From: Octopus sinensis
Taxonomy: Eukaryota
Assembly (NCBI RefSeq): GCF_006345805.1
Contig: NC_042998.1
Span: 147,746,001 to 147,810,000, forward strand
Direction of reading: 5' to 3'
DNA: 64,000 nt
Below the pieces are notes generated by a model, which saw only the letters and a program-made list of their open reading frames with translations, did not search any database and was not told where the DNA came from. A program made the position numbers and the translations under genes. The first letter of the stretch is position 1; each line of letters begins with the position of its first letter. This document shows, piece after piece, positions 27,308 to 41,499 of this stretch.

Positions 27308-28399
27308 TATATATATATATATATATATACTTACATACATCCATACATACATATATGTGTGCATGCAGTGCACATGCGCACATGTGTGTGTGTGTTGAAA
27401 CAAGCATGTTCAGCTGGATGTTCAAATGACAGTACAAGTGGGTTGAGTGGAAAAATGGGTGTAAGAGGAATCAGATGTTGTGTACAAGAGAGAAACTGCT
27501 TTGGTATAGTTATATGATATTTATAGATGAGGCTCCGTAAAGAGATACCTGTCACTTATGTTAGCTGGAGCCTTTCAAAGAGGAGAACTGAGTCAAAAGT
27601 GGAATGAGGTTGTGAAGAATGATCTCAGGATGTTGAGCCTCAAGAGAAGATTACAAATGACCATTTATGATTGATGATATGTAGTTTTCATTAAAACCTG
27701 TCCAGCTATGCTAGCATAGCATGACAGAAGATCTAAAGGCATAATGTATATGCCCACGACTTAGATTGTGGAAACATGTGTATGCACATTATGCACACTG
27801 CCAAGTCCTATATTCAATGTCCCTGTCAAGTGCATGACTGCATTTTTCCCTTCTTCTACCCTCTACCTAGACAACAGGGTCCTGCCCTCAAACCACTTCC
27901 TATTGACAATCCATCCCTCATCCTCACCATTGCCACTCCCACACTTATATGTACCGTCACTTTTATGATCATCCATCCTTATTTTATTCGTCTTACACGC
28001 CTCGCCCAATCTCTTGCAATCTTTAACCCTGTCCCTCATTTCTCTACCACTCAGTCTCTCCATCATTCCCTTGTCTACTGTATGATTTTTGCTGTTGTGA
28101 GTAATGAAATTAGAAAATGTTACTACAAACCATATCATATCACGATTTCTGAACTGCCAATAATCACTCCCACTCCTTCTGAGTTAGTCTCAGTTGACAT
28201 TTGTATATCATTCTTATTATCTTCTAACTCAAATTTACCATTGATCAACCCAATCTTTGTTCACCACTTGCTATATCTACCTCCTATATACCTCTGGCCA
28301 CCTCCTCTCTGTTTGCATTCATCTCTCACACTTCCCCATAAATAAAAGGCTCTTCAAAGAAATGTGTGTGGAGACACCCATAAATAGTCAGAACGAGAG

Positions 28400-31300
28400 A
28401 ACATCTGTCAATCTACAAATATAGGGTAAGTGACTCTTTTCATTCTCCTTCCTTCTGACTTGCACTGCACTGCTCTGAACAGGCACATGGCCTAGGGTCA
28501 CCTTGAAAACAGGATCACCTACTCAATGACCTCAGGTCACTAAGTTTAGATGTAGTAGCTATCTGACCGACAAGCTTTCATGCTTATTTTTGGTGGATAT
28601 GAGATTTACTTATATTCATGTCAACTAGAAATGGTGGGTGGAACTGTGGTACTGTTCCAGAGAGGTCTAGATCTGCAGATAAGAGCTATCTTACTGGACC
28701 TATAAGGTAAGTTGGTGGTCCTGGATGTAAACAGTTGCAATGGGGAAGCCTTCAGACTGATGACTGTTTGTACTCTGACAGGAGCAGGACACCCAGTTTT
28801 CTTCAAATGTCTGGAGGTTTTCCTGGAAACATCTCAACCTTTAGTGCTAATGGGTAACCATCTTGGATGCATATTTTCAACTGCCTGACAAGCAGTTGAA
28901 AATATATGCCTGACTTGATTTCCCAAATGTACCATGGATGAACTGCATCAGGTCATCTATGTTGTATTTACATAGAGTATTTTATAGACCAGTAGATAAG
29001 GATAGTATAAGCTGTCCACTTTTTAAAATTGTTGGCTACACAGACCACAAAGTTGTGATCTGCATGGTCAACTTAGGCTCCACAGGCAGGGACCTGGTTA
29101 CTGGACACTGAATGCATCACTCCTGGCATGCTAAGCTTGCAGAGACCAGATAAGTGAATTAGTTAAGCAGATATTGATGGTGCTAATCATCAACAACAAA
29201 TGGTAGCTTGCCCTGAAAAGGGCGATTAGAGTAGAATTGATTCGGTTTAGTAAGGCATTAGCAATAGAAAGAAATGGAATAAAGGGGTAACTTAGAAACT
29301 TAGGAAAGGTGCTTAGGAAAAGCATTGCAATCAATGTACTCCAATGATATTGGACGTGGACTCATCCTCCAATACTCAGTATGAAAGATACATTGTCAGA
29401 GGTAAGATGTATGTTCTAAGAAACGAGGGAATGAAAGCCATTTGATGGACCCAAGAGGCAGAAGCATGATGTGATAACAGAGCCAGAGTTCAGTCTTTGG
29501 TGGAATTTCAGCAGACCTAGAAGATGTATGTGGAATTTCAGCAGCACTTTGCCCAACTGTTTGAGACAAATGGCAGGCCAGAACACAGATGAACTTCAGA
29601 TGGATGGCAAGAGGGTGCAGAACATTGCAAAATGTTGATAATAGCAGCAGAAATACAGAATGTGATGATGGGCTGCAAGGGGAAAAAATCACCTGGTGTG
29701 GATGGTCTACCCTAAGTTCTTTACTTTTATATTTGACCTCTTAACAGATATCGTCTACAAACAGCAGCAGAACAGGAGAATTCCTAGTTCTGTGAGTTGA
29801 GGAGCAGTGGATCTACTGAGAAATGACTCAATGAAAAGGGATTAAATAGAAAATTTTAGGCCCATAATGCTGCTGAACACAGATTTCAAAATAAGGTATT
29901 AAAAAGAGATTGGCACTTGTCAGGGAGGATCTGATTGGTGATGCACAAAAATGTGCCATCCCAAGCAAATCTATCCATAGCAACCTCCACCTCATGCTAT
30001 ATATCATTGATAAGGTGGGTAAGAAAACTGATATGGTGGGGCCCTGATCAATTTGGATCAATCTAAAGCTTTCTATAGAGTTGATCACCAATACTTAGTG
30101 GCTGTTCTCACAGCAGCAGGTTTCAGTCCCGTTTTCTGTAGATGGATTACTACAATGTATAGCAACATCTGCTTGGCAGTTCAGCTGAATGGCTACTTAT
30201 AAGGACTATTCAGTATCATGTGCTTTGTCTGTCAAAGGAGACTGCTCTTGTATCTTCTGTATGTACTGACCCTAGAGTCACTGCTACAGAAATAGGAGGT
30301 ATTGAGAGGCATCTTGCATGAATTAGGACATAGGAGAACTGTGTTGTCATATGCAGATGACATCACTATCATAGTATTGAATACCAAGCGTATAGATCTG
30401 GTCAGCACTGCAATAAAAGAATACAAGGTAGTGACAGGAGCAAAAATTAATCAAGAAAGGTTAGTGGGGTTGCAGCTCAGCACCTGGAAAGGCAGGTTCA
30501 TGTTGTCTAATAATGTTGTGGAATGCTGGACAGACGGACTGGTTAAATTGCTTGGGGTCTGGTTTCATCTGGATCACCAGGTGGAGGGGAACTCGGACAT
30601 GGTGATGAGCAGGGTTGCCAATCTCACCCAGAAGTGGGCAAAGAGAAAGCTATCACTAAAATATTGGGCAAAGGTAGTGAATGCTTTTATGGCTTCCATC
30701 ATATATTACCACCTTACAATCATGCCTTGCTCCAGTTTATGTCAGGCCAAATTGGAGCACACGCATCTACTTTCTGTGGAAGAGATATGTTCCTCTGGCC
30801 AGGTGAACCATTTACTGTCAACACTTGCTGAACGGTGAACTGTGCATGCCATGGCTACTGATGTAAAGGCATGTGCTAAGGCTATGACATCTGTATTTCC
30901 TTGATAGTGAGCAGGTGTGGTCACTGTTTGTCAGATGGAATTTTCCAAGGCTTGTCTTTTTGACTGGGCTGCAGTCCTGGATCAAGAATAGACCGAGACA
31001 GGGCACCTGACACCTAGGGTGCTGTCAGGTGCTCACAGCTCTCTGTCAGTCAGGCAATGCAGTTGGTGGAAGCTTTGCTTTGGCATTCTATAGAGGGTTA
31101 GTGGTGGGTAAGTATAATGATGTCCTCTGGGCATTAACGAGAATCAACTGGCTGGTCAGTTCCTGAGGTCTTTAGGGATGGGGCTTATTGATAATTTCCA
31201 GAAATCCTTAGCCTGGCAGAGCAGCTTGGGTGCATGACCAGTTCAGAAAAAACTCTGCTTGTAGAGACATGGAATTGCTGTCAGCCAGGCTTGCCTGAGA

Positions 31301-31800
31301 TGTACACAGAATGACAAAACTGTCCTGCATGCTCTTGTCCAGTGCCTGAGCATTACTGACTTGTGAGTCTATACTGAACACCTGCTGTCATGTGTAGGAT
31401 GGATCAGACTCTTGGCTGAGTCTATAGTGAAGATCATCCTGTTGCCATCCTTTGGCCAGGTAGGGCAGACAGCGTCTCTTTGCCTGGTGGTCTTAGTGAA
31501 AGTGGTTATGTGTGTGTGTGTGTGGTGGTGGTGGGGGGGGGCAGATTAAAAGGGCCAAAGACAGATACTTTCCTCTTTGGGCAGGCCATCATAAACATTT
31601 TAAGTTTTACTTGAAAGGGAAAGTGAGAGTACAGAGGGAAGTGTTACCTCCCAGCAATCTTGTTAAAAGTTGGGTGGATGTTGCAAGAATGGCCTAAGTG
31701 AATGGGCCTACTCTAAGCAGGTACCTATGTGTTGAAGGAAGTTGATGTGGAGAGGGCACTTGCCATAGTGGTCAGGGTGAATGTGATTTTGTAGGGTCCT
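28400..31800 (+). pseudogene. Degenerate Tx1/L1-clade LINE ORF2 (endonuclease remnant, RT, C-terminal Cys/His motif)
   Basis: PGVDGLP, NFRPIMLLNTDFK, GALINLDQSKAF and LSYADDITIIV..TGAKIN..W.KRKLSL (ORF 30302-30838), with CLRC..TVLHALVQC downstream. Many stops. Boundaries are approximate. Confidence 0.8.
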
Positions 31801-32014
31801 CACGAGCAGCCCAAGGAACTCGCCCTCTTTTGAGAAATTATTCATTGTTATAATTTTATATTGTTACTGTGGTATTGAACAGAATATTTGTTGCAGCTCA
31901 TCTTTTATATGAAGACAAAACAATGTACATGATAATACTTCCAGTTAGTTAAGATTAGAAACCAAGAGAGCCATGAGAGCCACTGTCTGGTACTGCATCA
32001 GAGAATTTATTATC

Positions 32015-32045
32015 GTCATTATTGTCATTATTATTATTATTATTA

Positions 32046-32130
<85 letters not shown>

Positions 32131-32150
32131 CATTATTATTATTATCATTA
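32015..32150. repeat. (ATT)n microsatellite
   Basis: About 45 nearly pure repeats; the source of the poly-Ile ORFs. Confidence 0.95.
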
Positions 32151-34429
32151 TTGTAAAATTGTTTAGAAGCATTGTATTTTTAAAAGATGAAGAAGCTGTT
32201 AACAATGCAGAGCTGGCAGAATCATTAGAGCTCTGGAAAAAAAAGGCATTGTGTTATTTGTTCTAGCTTTTTACATTCTAAGTTCAAATCTTGCAGGATG
32301 AACATTATATATAAAATAAAATGATGTACTAGTGAAATACGGAGGGAGAGGGGGGGGGTTCAAAGGCACCCCCTCTTCAAAATTATTGACTTTGTGCTTT
32401 CATCAAAGACTTTCTTACTAGTTAATTTGCTAACTATTACTATTTTCTTACTGAAACTAAATGACACTCATTTTAATCTATATTTCTCTATTTTCTTTTA
32501 GATTCAAATTCTGCCAAGTTCAACTTTGCCTTTCATCTTTTCTAGCTTGATAAAATAAAACTGGGATCAATTCAACTAACTACTCCTACCCTTAATATGT
32601 GTGGCTTTGAATCAATATTTGAAATCAATATGTAACATATTTACATCTCTTATTAAAAAGTGAACTGTTGCTGATAAATAACATGTTGATTGACCAGCTA
32701 ACATTACATTACAAGTGTTTTGTTATGTATCAGCGAAGAACATTAAATCATATGTGTCTAATCATATGTACGAAAATGCTACAAGATCTGGTAATATCAC
32801 TATGATAGGTTAATGATCTGTCTGTGAGATTAATATTTCACCTACCAAACACTATGAACTTTACCAAATAGACTATGTAGCCAGGAGAGTGAAGTATATC
32901 AAGACAGTTGTGCAACACCTCTTTCAATTTACCCACTGCATGTCAGAAACTAAAGTACAGGCCTTGGTTAGGAGGAGATTGAGTAGAAATAGATGGATCA
33001 AGAGGTTACAATTTGTGTCTTGCCAACTATCTGTGAGCAATAAGACTGTTCAATCAGGACTGACCTGGGGCAAACCTACCCTAGTACTAATCATTGGGAG
33101 AATCCAGCACTGCATCTCCCTCTAAAGTATACTTTCACTGTCAGTTTGTAAAAACATTTGTCGGTTTTACAGGACTACTACTGCTACTTCAAGCTGAAAG
33201 CATTTAGCTTTACTGACTGGCAAGCAGACAGTACATGCTGAGCCATTAAATATTTAGATACCTGGTCCATGTTACACTAGGACCACATTGATAAATTTTC
33301 AACATTGGTATTCACCGACCAGTCAACTCATTTATTTGTGACACACATTAATGCACACACATGCACATACACACTCACACAGTCACTCACACACATACAT
33401 ATGCATGCACACATGAATACACACACACACACACACAAACATTATTAATTTTTTAAATGTATGTCATTCTTTGCAACCAAAATTTTGTTTTTACAATTAT
33501 TATTTTTTCAGATTATTAACCTTATCTTCGGAGGCAAAATATATTTTAATATTTACATTAACATTTATTTTGTTACTCTGGTTTCATAAAACGATCAAAA
33601 AAGAATAAATTCTGTGGAGCCAAGGTGGTCTGTTGATGATTATAATTGGTTACAAATTAAATATTTTATTACAACCATAATCAAATTACATTAATCTATT
33701 GACCTCAGTCTGAGAAACTAAAAATAGATACTGCCCTCAGGGTCATTTTGATGGCATTATAGGCCCTTCAGCTTAGCAATATAGCAACATATGCAGCCAC
33801 TGCATACATAGATTAGCATTGGAACCCACTTAGGCCCATGGAGCTTCTGGGAAATTGTCTGATTGGCACATACCTTTAGATTGTGCTCACTGTTTGTATT
33901 TTCTTCAGAGCTGATTTTCTTCAAAGGACATCTAACAATAGGAGTATTTGGTTCAAAATGCACTGAGACCTTCCCTACTTGGATATAAAACCAACTTAAA
34001 CCACCCCACAAAAGAAAAGGAAAATGTAAGAAAATTGATAAACTGATTTGTTGCCATATTTCTGTTGAAGAACTACACTGCATTTTTCAATTAAATTTGG
34101 AAATAATGAAGAATTTTATTTTATAAATTTGTCATTATTAAGCTGGTATTTTGAATATGAATGGCCATGAAATTTTGGATAGGAAGCTTTCATTTAGATG
34201 ATTTTAAAACAGGAAGTGTACATCATCAAGCTAGGGGTGGTCTTGGGTGGAGTAAAGGAGATTCTCTATTATAAAATACCACTGAAATTTACAATAATGA
34301 GCTCAACTAATTTGTAGAATATATTTAGAAGGTTTACATTGTTGATGAGATCCTGTACAAACGTTATTGTGCTGGAGTAGCTTTTGGTTTCTTTTGGGCA
34401 TGAGTATACAAGAACCAAATCTCAAAGAT

Positions 34430-34960
34430 GATGCAAAAATGACTGACTACACGTCTGTAATTGTCACAATCCCTTTCTAGACTGAAATTATGGACAACCT
34501 GAAAACTTAGAACATTTTCATTATCAACGCCTTAGAAGCATTGAAATCAGCTGGGACAATGACTGAATGAAGATCAATGAAGATCAATGAAGCTAAAACA
34601 ACCAATATTGAAGAAATTGTCATCATAAACCAATTCAGGTGTGGTGGTGGGGTGGGAGTTCATCTCAGCTAAATGATTCGTAATCAGCTTCAAAAACATG
34701 CTTTCTATTACCAACTGAATGAAAGAAAGCAATCAAAAGGTCAGCTGAAGAAATACTTTAAAGATCTGTTAAAAGAGAATCTGAAGTTCTGAGACATTGT
34801 TAGGGTGAAATGAAAAGGAAGAACTGGTGATAGACCATCTTAAGGAGAGAAAACTAGTTCACCAGGGAGCCAAACTCTTTGAAAATGAAGGAAATAAACG
34901 TTTTGAAGAAAAAAAAGAAAATAAAAAACAAATTGCTGCTGACATTGGTCTACATCACAA
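34430..34960 (+). pseudogene. Old RTE-BovB-like LINE C-terminal remnant
   Basis: Decayed TTNIEEIVIINQFRC (TSIEAM..QLRW) and KHAFYYQLNERKQSKGQLKKYFKDLLKENLK (K.LFYGEL..GKR..G..KKRYKD.LK). Confidence 0.6.
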
Positions 34961-35499
34961 TTATAAGCCTACAAGGTCACTCACCTTCACATGATTGTGT
35001 ATAAACCATGTGCGGCCTGTAATAGATCAGTTGAACAGTAGAAATAAATTATAGAAGCTAAGAATTTGAGGAGATAGAATAGTATGTGTTCTCTTGTGTG
35101 ATCTCACAAATGTAATAACTCTAAGTGCATTGGGTCACATCTGAGAGATTATTTCCTTTTTCTGTTTCAAGTTGGTTCTTGTAATGCCCCAAACCAGGCT
35201 TCTTTCTAGAACACCTGCACATTTATATTCATCTTATCAATTGATCAAGTTTGTAGCATTGCAATACTTATTTGTATTTTTCCCTTTCATACACCATCAT
35301 AGCACTACTTGGTCATGGCTTTTCTTCTATTTGCCACCAGTGAGTGGGGGTGGTGAAAGACAAATCCCTTAGACTTAGTATTACAAGCAAACAAATATCC
35401 CAACAGTGTCTTGTTCTGTGACATATAACCACCATTCACCATAAAATGCAGTGCTCATGATGGGGCACACATTGCTGACCCTTTAATTGGGTCTCTAAA

Positions 35500-35860
35500 G
35501 GTGCATGGCTCAGTGGTTAGAGTGTCGGGCTCACAGTCATGAGGTAGTAAGTTTGATAGACTGTGTGTTGTGTTCTTGAGCAAGATACTTTGCTGGACTG
35601 TGTGTTGTGTTCTTGAGCAAGATACTTTATTTCATGATGCTCCAGTTCACTCAGCTGTAGAAACAAGTTGCAGCGTCATTTGTGCCAAGCTGTATAAACC
35701 TTTGCCTTTACCTTGGATAACATCGGTAGCATGAAGAGGGGAGGCTAGTATACATGAGCAATTGCTGGTCTTCCATAAACAACCTTGCCTGGACTTGTGC
35801 CTCGGAGTGAAACTTTCTAAATACAGTCCCATGGTCTTTCATGACCAAAGGGGGTCTGTA
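35500..35860 (+). mobile_element. tRNA-derived SINE, third family (V/CORE-like central box)
   Basis: Head GCATGGCTCAGTGGTTAGAGTGTCGGGCTCACA and box GTTCTTGAGCAAGATACTTT, tandemly duplicated here. Relatives lie near 54125-54360 (+), 57420-57660 (-) and 15850-16090 (-). Confidence 0.7.
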
Positions 35861-36616
35861 ATATTCTACTAACTTAGGTATTTGCAGTTCTCAGTTATTT
35901 TGTTTCAACATTTTACATGGAGATACTGAAAGCTCAAGTTCTACTGGGCTGGATATATTACAAGGTTTACAGATTAGAGGTAGGCCTGTATAGTTGTCAA
36001 ATGATATCCAGAAGATCAGAAGATATCACTCATAAGACATCCAAAATAATAGTAAGATGACAGACAAGCAATTCAGACTCAACCAGTAAAGAAGGACACA
36101 ATCAAAGAAAGAATGGAAGTGCATTGTGACCAGTGAGGTAGAGAGGCATCTTTTATCTGTTAATATTTTACTTGTTTCAGTTATTGGTCTGTGACTAACA
36201 TGGGGCACAGCCTTGAAGGGCTTAGCTGACCACAGCATTTCTTTTTAAGTTTGCTACTTATTTTATTGGTTTATTTTGCTGAACTGCTAAGTTGTGAGAA
36301 TTTAAACAAACCAACACTAGTTGTCAGGTAGTGGTAGGGTACAAGCACAAACACAAAGAACCATACACACACACACACACACACACACGCATGTGTGCGC
36401 ACACACACACACACACACACACAACTGGCTTCTTTCAGCTTCTATCTCTCAAATTCTTATATGGCACCTGGGGTTATTGTAGAAGACATTTACCCAAGGT
36501 GTAATAGAGTGGGACTGAACCTGAAACACATGGTTGCAAAGGAAGCTTTTTAACCATATAGCTTGATCTAAAGTGGTGAGCTGGCAGAATCGTTAGCACA
36601 GCAGGTAAAATGCTTA

Positions 36617-37516
36617 ATGGCATTTTACCTCGCCCCATTTCTTTTCATCATTGTTGTTGATTATGTGCTACGTATGTCAGTTGATACCATCTCTGACAAA
36701 GGCTTTGAAATAAAACCAAGAAGAAGTTCCAGACACCCAGCTGAGTACTTGACAGACACTGACTTTGCTGACGACATCGCTATTATCAGTGATTCTCTCT
36801 CCAATGCCCAGTCTCTTTTACAATCTCTTGAACAAGCCTCAAATTGTGTAGGTCTTTACCTCAATGAGGCCAAAACTGAATACATAAACAAGTGCCTGTC
36901 CAACAGTGATTGCATCATCCACACTCTCAACAGTGCGCCTTTAAATATGGTTACTGATTATAAATATCTTGGGTCATACATATCATCATCTGGAAAAGAC
37001 TTTCTAACTAGAAAGGGTATGGCCTGGTCAGCCTGTAATGACATGCATAAGATCTGGTCATCAAATCTAAGTAGAGACTTCAAACTTGAAATATTCAAAG
37101 CCACAGTCGAACCAATTCTACTATATGGCTCAGAAACCTGGACGTTATCAAAGAAGCTTGAGAGGCGGTTGGATGGAACCTACACTCGCCTCCTTATGAG
37201 AGCTCAAAATCTCTCGTGGAAGCGCCATCCAACCAAAATGCAAATATATGGGAAATTACCACCTGTGTCATCTCTTGTAAAAGGTAGGAGAGTCCAGTTT
37301 GCTGGACATTGTTGTAGAGCTGAAAAAGAAGTAATTTCTACTCTTCTCCTCTGGAAGCCATCTACTCGCAATACCAGAGGGCGCACACTCTCCTACCCTG
37401 ATGTAATCTCCAGGGATACAGGCATCCAGCAACAGGACCTCCGTAATGCTATGATGGACCGTGAAGTCTGGCGTAACATAGTAAATTCCATTGTCTCGAC
37501 CACGGTCGAACAATGA
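36617..37516 (+). CDS. Uninterrupted 299-aa C-terminal half of a LINE reverse transcriptase (the ATG comes from the TSD, so this is not a natural start)
   Basis: LAPFLFIIVVDYVLR..DFADDIAII..GLYLNEAKTEY..YKYLGSYI..VEPILLYGSETWTL..RRVQFAGHC. Confidence 0.8.
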   Translation: MAFYLAPFLFIIVVDYVLRMSVDTISDKGFEIKPRRSSRHPAEYLTDTDFADDIAIISDSLSNAQSLLQSLEQASNCVGLYLNEAKTEYINKCLSNSDCIIHTLNSAPLNMVTDYKYLGSYISSSGKDFLTRKGMAWSACNDMHKIWSSNLSRDFKLEIFKATVEPILLYGSETWTLSKKLERRLDGTYTRLLMRAQNLSWKRHPTKMQIYGKLPPVSSLVKGRRVQFAGHCCRAEKEVISTLLLWKPSTRNTRGRTLSYPDVISRDTGIQQQDLRNAMMDREVWRNIVNSIVSTTVEQ

Positions 37517-37524
37517 TGATGATG
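36627..37524 (+). mobile_element. Young 5'-truncated RTE/RTE-X-type LINE inserted into a SINE, 11-bp TSD
   Basis: The TSD AATGGCATTTT is at 36616-36626 and 37525-37535, and there is a (TGA)n tail. The host SINE head at 36570-36626 resumes at 37525-37690. Confidence 0.92.
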
Positions 37525-38202
37525 AATGGCATTTTGTCTGTCTTTATAAATTGAGTCCAAATTTTGTTGGGGCTGACTTTGCCTTTCATCCTTTTGGGGT
37601 TGATTAAAATAAGTACCAGTTAAACACTGGGATTGATGTAATTGACTAAACCCCCTCCTCTGGAGTTACGGACCTTGTGACAAAATTTAAAACCTCATAG
37701 CCTGGTCTAAAAAAAAAACCCAACAAACACGGAAATCACTATACTGTGTAATAAAATGAAGGGAATACAACAGTACTAATCCCTTAAACTCTACAAAAAA
37801 GTCCTATCTATGTTAACATGGAAGGAAAACAGCTAGTAAAAGACAGGAAAGGGATGGCAGTGTAAATATTTGAATTTCAGAATTATTTTAAATACTTTAT
37901 CAGAAACTATAACATTGTGACAACATCATCATCATCATCATCATCAACAACAACATTTAATGTCCGTTTACCATCCTGGCATGGGTTGGATGGCTTGGCA
38001 GGAACTGGTAAGGCCAGGGTCCACACTGGGTTCCATAGTGTCTGTTTTGGCTTGGTTTCTACAGCTGGATGCCCTTCCTAATGCCAACCACACCACACAG
38101 TGTACTGGGTGCTTTTTATGTGACACCTTCACCTATATGTTTGTATTATGTGTGTATGTATAAATATTAATATATACATATAAGCACACACACACACATG
38201 CA

Positions 38203-38234
<32 letters not shown>

Positions 38235-38361
38235 CATACATATATATACATACAAACATACATACATATACATACATATATATACACACACACACATATA
38301 TATATATACATACACATACATACATACATACATACTTACATACATACATACATACATACAT

Positions 38362-38406
<45 letters not shown>

Positions 38407-39477
38407 ATTATATATATATATATAATATATATATATATTATATATATATATATATATATACTTATACATATACATATCCATGTATTTGTAGGCATATGCA
38501 TATGTATGGGCTGGGTTGGGGTGAGGGAATGAGAAACTAATTGAATTTTATTAGTATACATACACACTAATATATACACACTAATATGAATATACACCAA
38601 AAAAGAAAACAACAAAAAAACAGATCATATAAAGTAATTTTCCAGCTATTTCTGGCAAGTAGTTTGCAATATTTGCTTATAAAGCTTTACTTTGACCAAA
38701 ATGTCATGTTATAAGTAGTTTCTTGATGGCAAATCAATAATTTTCTCTTTCTTATCTCATTTTTATTCCATTCATTTCTAATAATTGCCTGAGAGAGCCA
38801 ATGAAATTTAAATATTATGGGCCTTATGATCATCCATATTTATATAAATCAACTATCAGACCGGTAAGGTTAGCGGTTTTGTTTTGTTAGAAAATTTGTG
38901 TCTACCAGTTTTTAGTTTACTTGTTTGTTGTGTTTTCTTTTTATTATACACACACATGAACAACTGCACACACCCATACATACAAATACATAAACACACG
39001 TTTATATATTTGTGTGTGTGCATGCGTGTGTGTGTGTGAATGCATGTGTGTGTGAGAGGGTGTGTGCTGTATATGCATATATGTATGTATACATGATACT
39101 AGTGAGATATATGTATATATAGATGTTTATATAAATTTGGTCAGAATTTGTTGAGGTATATTGTCAATGGCCAGATGCTATTCCTGTTGCCAACTCTCAT
39201 CTGTTTCCAAGCAAGGTAATAATTTTCCATGCCCAGACATGTTTTCATGGAAGATTGGAAATAAATAAAACCTCTCACATGATGGTGACACTCAATTACA
39301 TCCATCATGCAAAGTGAAGAAGACATTAATGTACACATGCACACACACATGCATGCATGTACACCCACACATGCATATGCGTGTGCACACACCACACACA
39401 AATATATATGTATTTATAGATCTTTCATCTTTTATCATTTGCTTGTTTCAGTCAATACTGCAGCCATACTAACCTCT

Positions 39478-39787
39478 GTGGATTTGGCAGATCAAAACTG
39501 AAAGCAGTCCATCATATATATGTGTATATATATATTTGTGTCTGTGTTTGCTCTCCCACCACTGCTTGACAACCAGTGTTGGTGTGTTTACGTTCCTGTA
39601 ATTTAGAGGGTTTTTTTAAAGCCTGGTACTTAATCTATTGGTCTCCTTTGCCAAACCTCTAAATTACAGGAACGTAAACACACCAGCACTGGTTGTCAAG
39701 CAGTGGTGAGAGAGCAAACACAGACACAAAGATATGCATACACATATATATGATGGACTTCTTTCAGTTTCGATCTGCCAAATCCAC
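39478..39787. repeat. Inverted duplication (~130-bp arms, ~46-bp loop) inside one SINE copy
   Basis: 39478-39609 is nearly the reverse complement of 39656-39787. Confidence 0.9.
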
Positions 39788-40016
39788 TCACTGGGTTTTG
39801 TTCGGCCCGAGGCTATAGTAGAAGACACTTTCCCAAAGTACCTGGGTTCTGTGGGACTGAATCCAGAACCATGTGGTTGGGAAACAAGCTTCTTACCACA
39901 CAGATACACCTGTGCCACACACACATGTGTGCATACTTTCGTGCAATACATACGTGCATATGCATACCTATATATGGATAGATAGATACACACACACACA
40001 TATATATGTATATGTG

Positions 40017-40135
<119 letters not shown>

Positions 40136-40320
40136 GTGTGTGTGTATCTATCTATCTATATATAGGTATGCATGCACACATATGCATACCTATATATACA
40201 TAGGTAGATACACACACATATATATGTATGTGTGTGTATATATATATATATATAGACACATATATTCATACATACATGCACACATACATGCACACATACA
40301 TACATACATACATACATACA

Positions 40321-40351
<31 letters not shown>

Positions 40352-40882
40352 GCTCCTGTTTATGTATGTATGTCATACATAACATACATAAATATACAGA
40401 TACTCTTTCAGTTTTTACACCTACTATTATTGGACTGACAATATATGTACCAACCTGTCTGGAGCAAAGCATGGTTGAACTTGGGCTCTTGGGGAGAGAA
40501 TGCAATGCCTTCAGTCATTCATTGATCACAATATCTGGGACAATTAAAAATCTGCAAAACCTTCTGGAGATTTAAAAGATGATAAACAATAAGTGTTTTT
40601 CTTCACTACCTTGCAACCAAGCAGGTGGCTGGTCAAAATTAATTCTAAATTTAAAAGAGAAAAAGAAAATCATACATACTTACATATATAGATATCATAC
40701 ACACGTACATGCACATACATAACATTTATATATGCTTCTATACATGTGTGTTGTACTTGATTGTCCTCTTACAGACTGCCTTATCATTCTTGCCATTGCA
40801 CTCTATGACAATTGGATAAGTAATTTATGATCCAACATTACAAAGAGAAATATTTATATATATATATACACATACACACTCA

Positions 40883-41098
40883 TGTGAGGTGGTGCTGAAA
40901 AGTTCCTGCTTTTGGGTAAAAGAAAATACATGAGGATTAGTTAATTATGATTTTATTCAACATATTTCCCTCTCAGATTCTCACATTTATTGCAGTGGTC
41001 CTTCAGTTTTACTAAGCCTCATAAAAGAATTCAGAAGTTTGGGCCTCCAACCAGGACTTTCACGGCACACTTAAAGCTAGAAACTTTTCAGCACCCCT
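40883..41098. mobile_element. Mariner-type MITE
   Basis: Inverted termini GGTGCTGAAAAGTTCCTG and CTAGAAACTTTTCAGCACC enclose about 215 bp of non-coding sequence. Confidence 0.6.
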
Positions 41099-41107
41099 GC
41101 ACACACA

Positions 41108-41172
<65 letters not shown>

Positions 41173-41499
41173 CACTCACACACACATACACACACACGGA
41201 GACACATATATTGCTTTCAGCTAATGCAGATGTATTTAAGCAAAATCAAACTTATACCCATGCATTGTTGGAAGCTGGATATAAAAATAAGGTTTACTAT
41301 ATCCAGAATCATCAAAATAATAATAAAGTTCTAGAAAATGATAGGATTATAGAGATATTAAAAATTAATAAGTAGTATAAGAAAATAAAAACTTAAATAG
41401 AAATAATAATAGTAATAATAATAATTTGAGATTATCAAATGTTCAATACTTATTATGAAAAGAGGGAAGAAAGCATCATGCAGAGGACTGTGGTTACCA

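Noticed and set aside
32730-33240. Possible plus-strand micro-exons (AKNIKSYVSNHMYENATRS; DYYCYFKLKAFSFTDWQAD)
   Set aside because: Splice signals are moderate and there is no homology; equally plausible candidates exist on the other strand.
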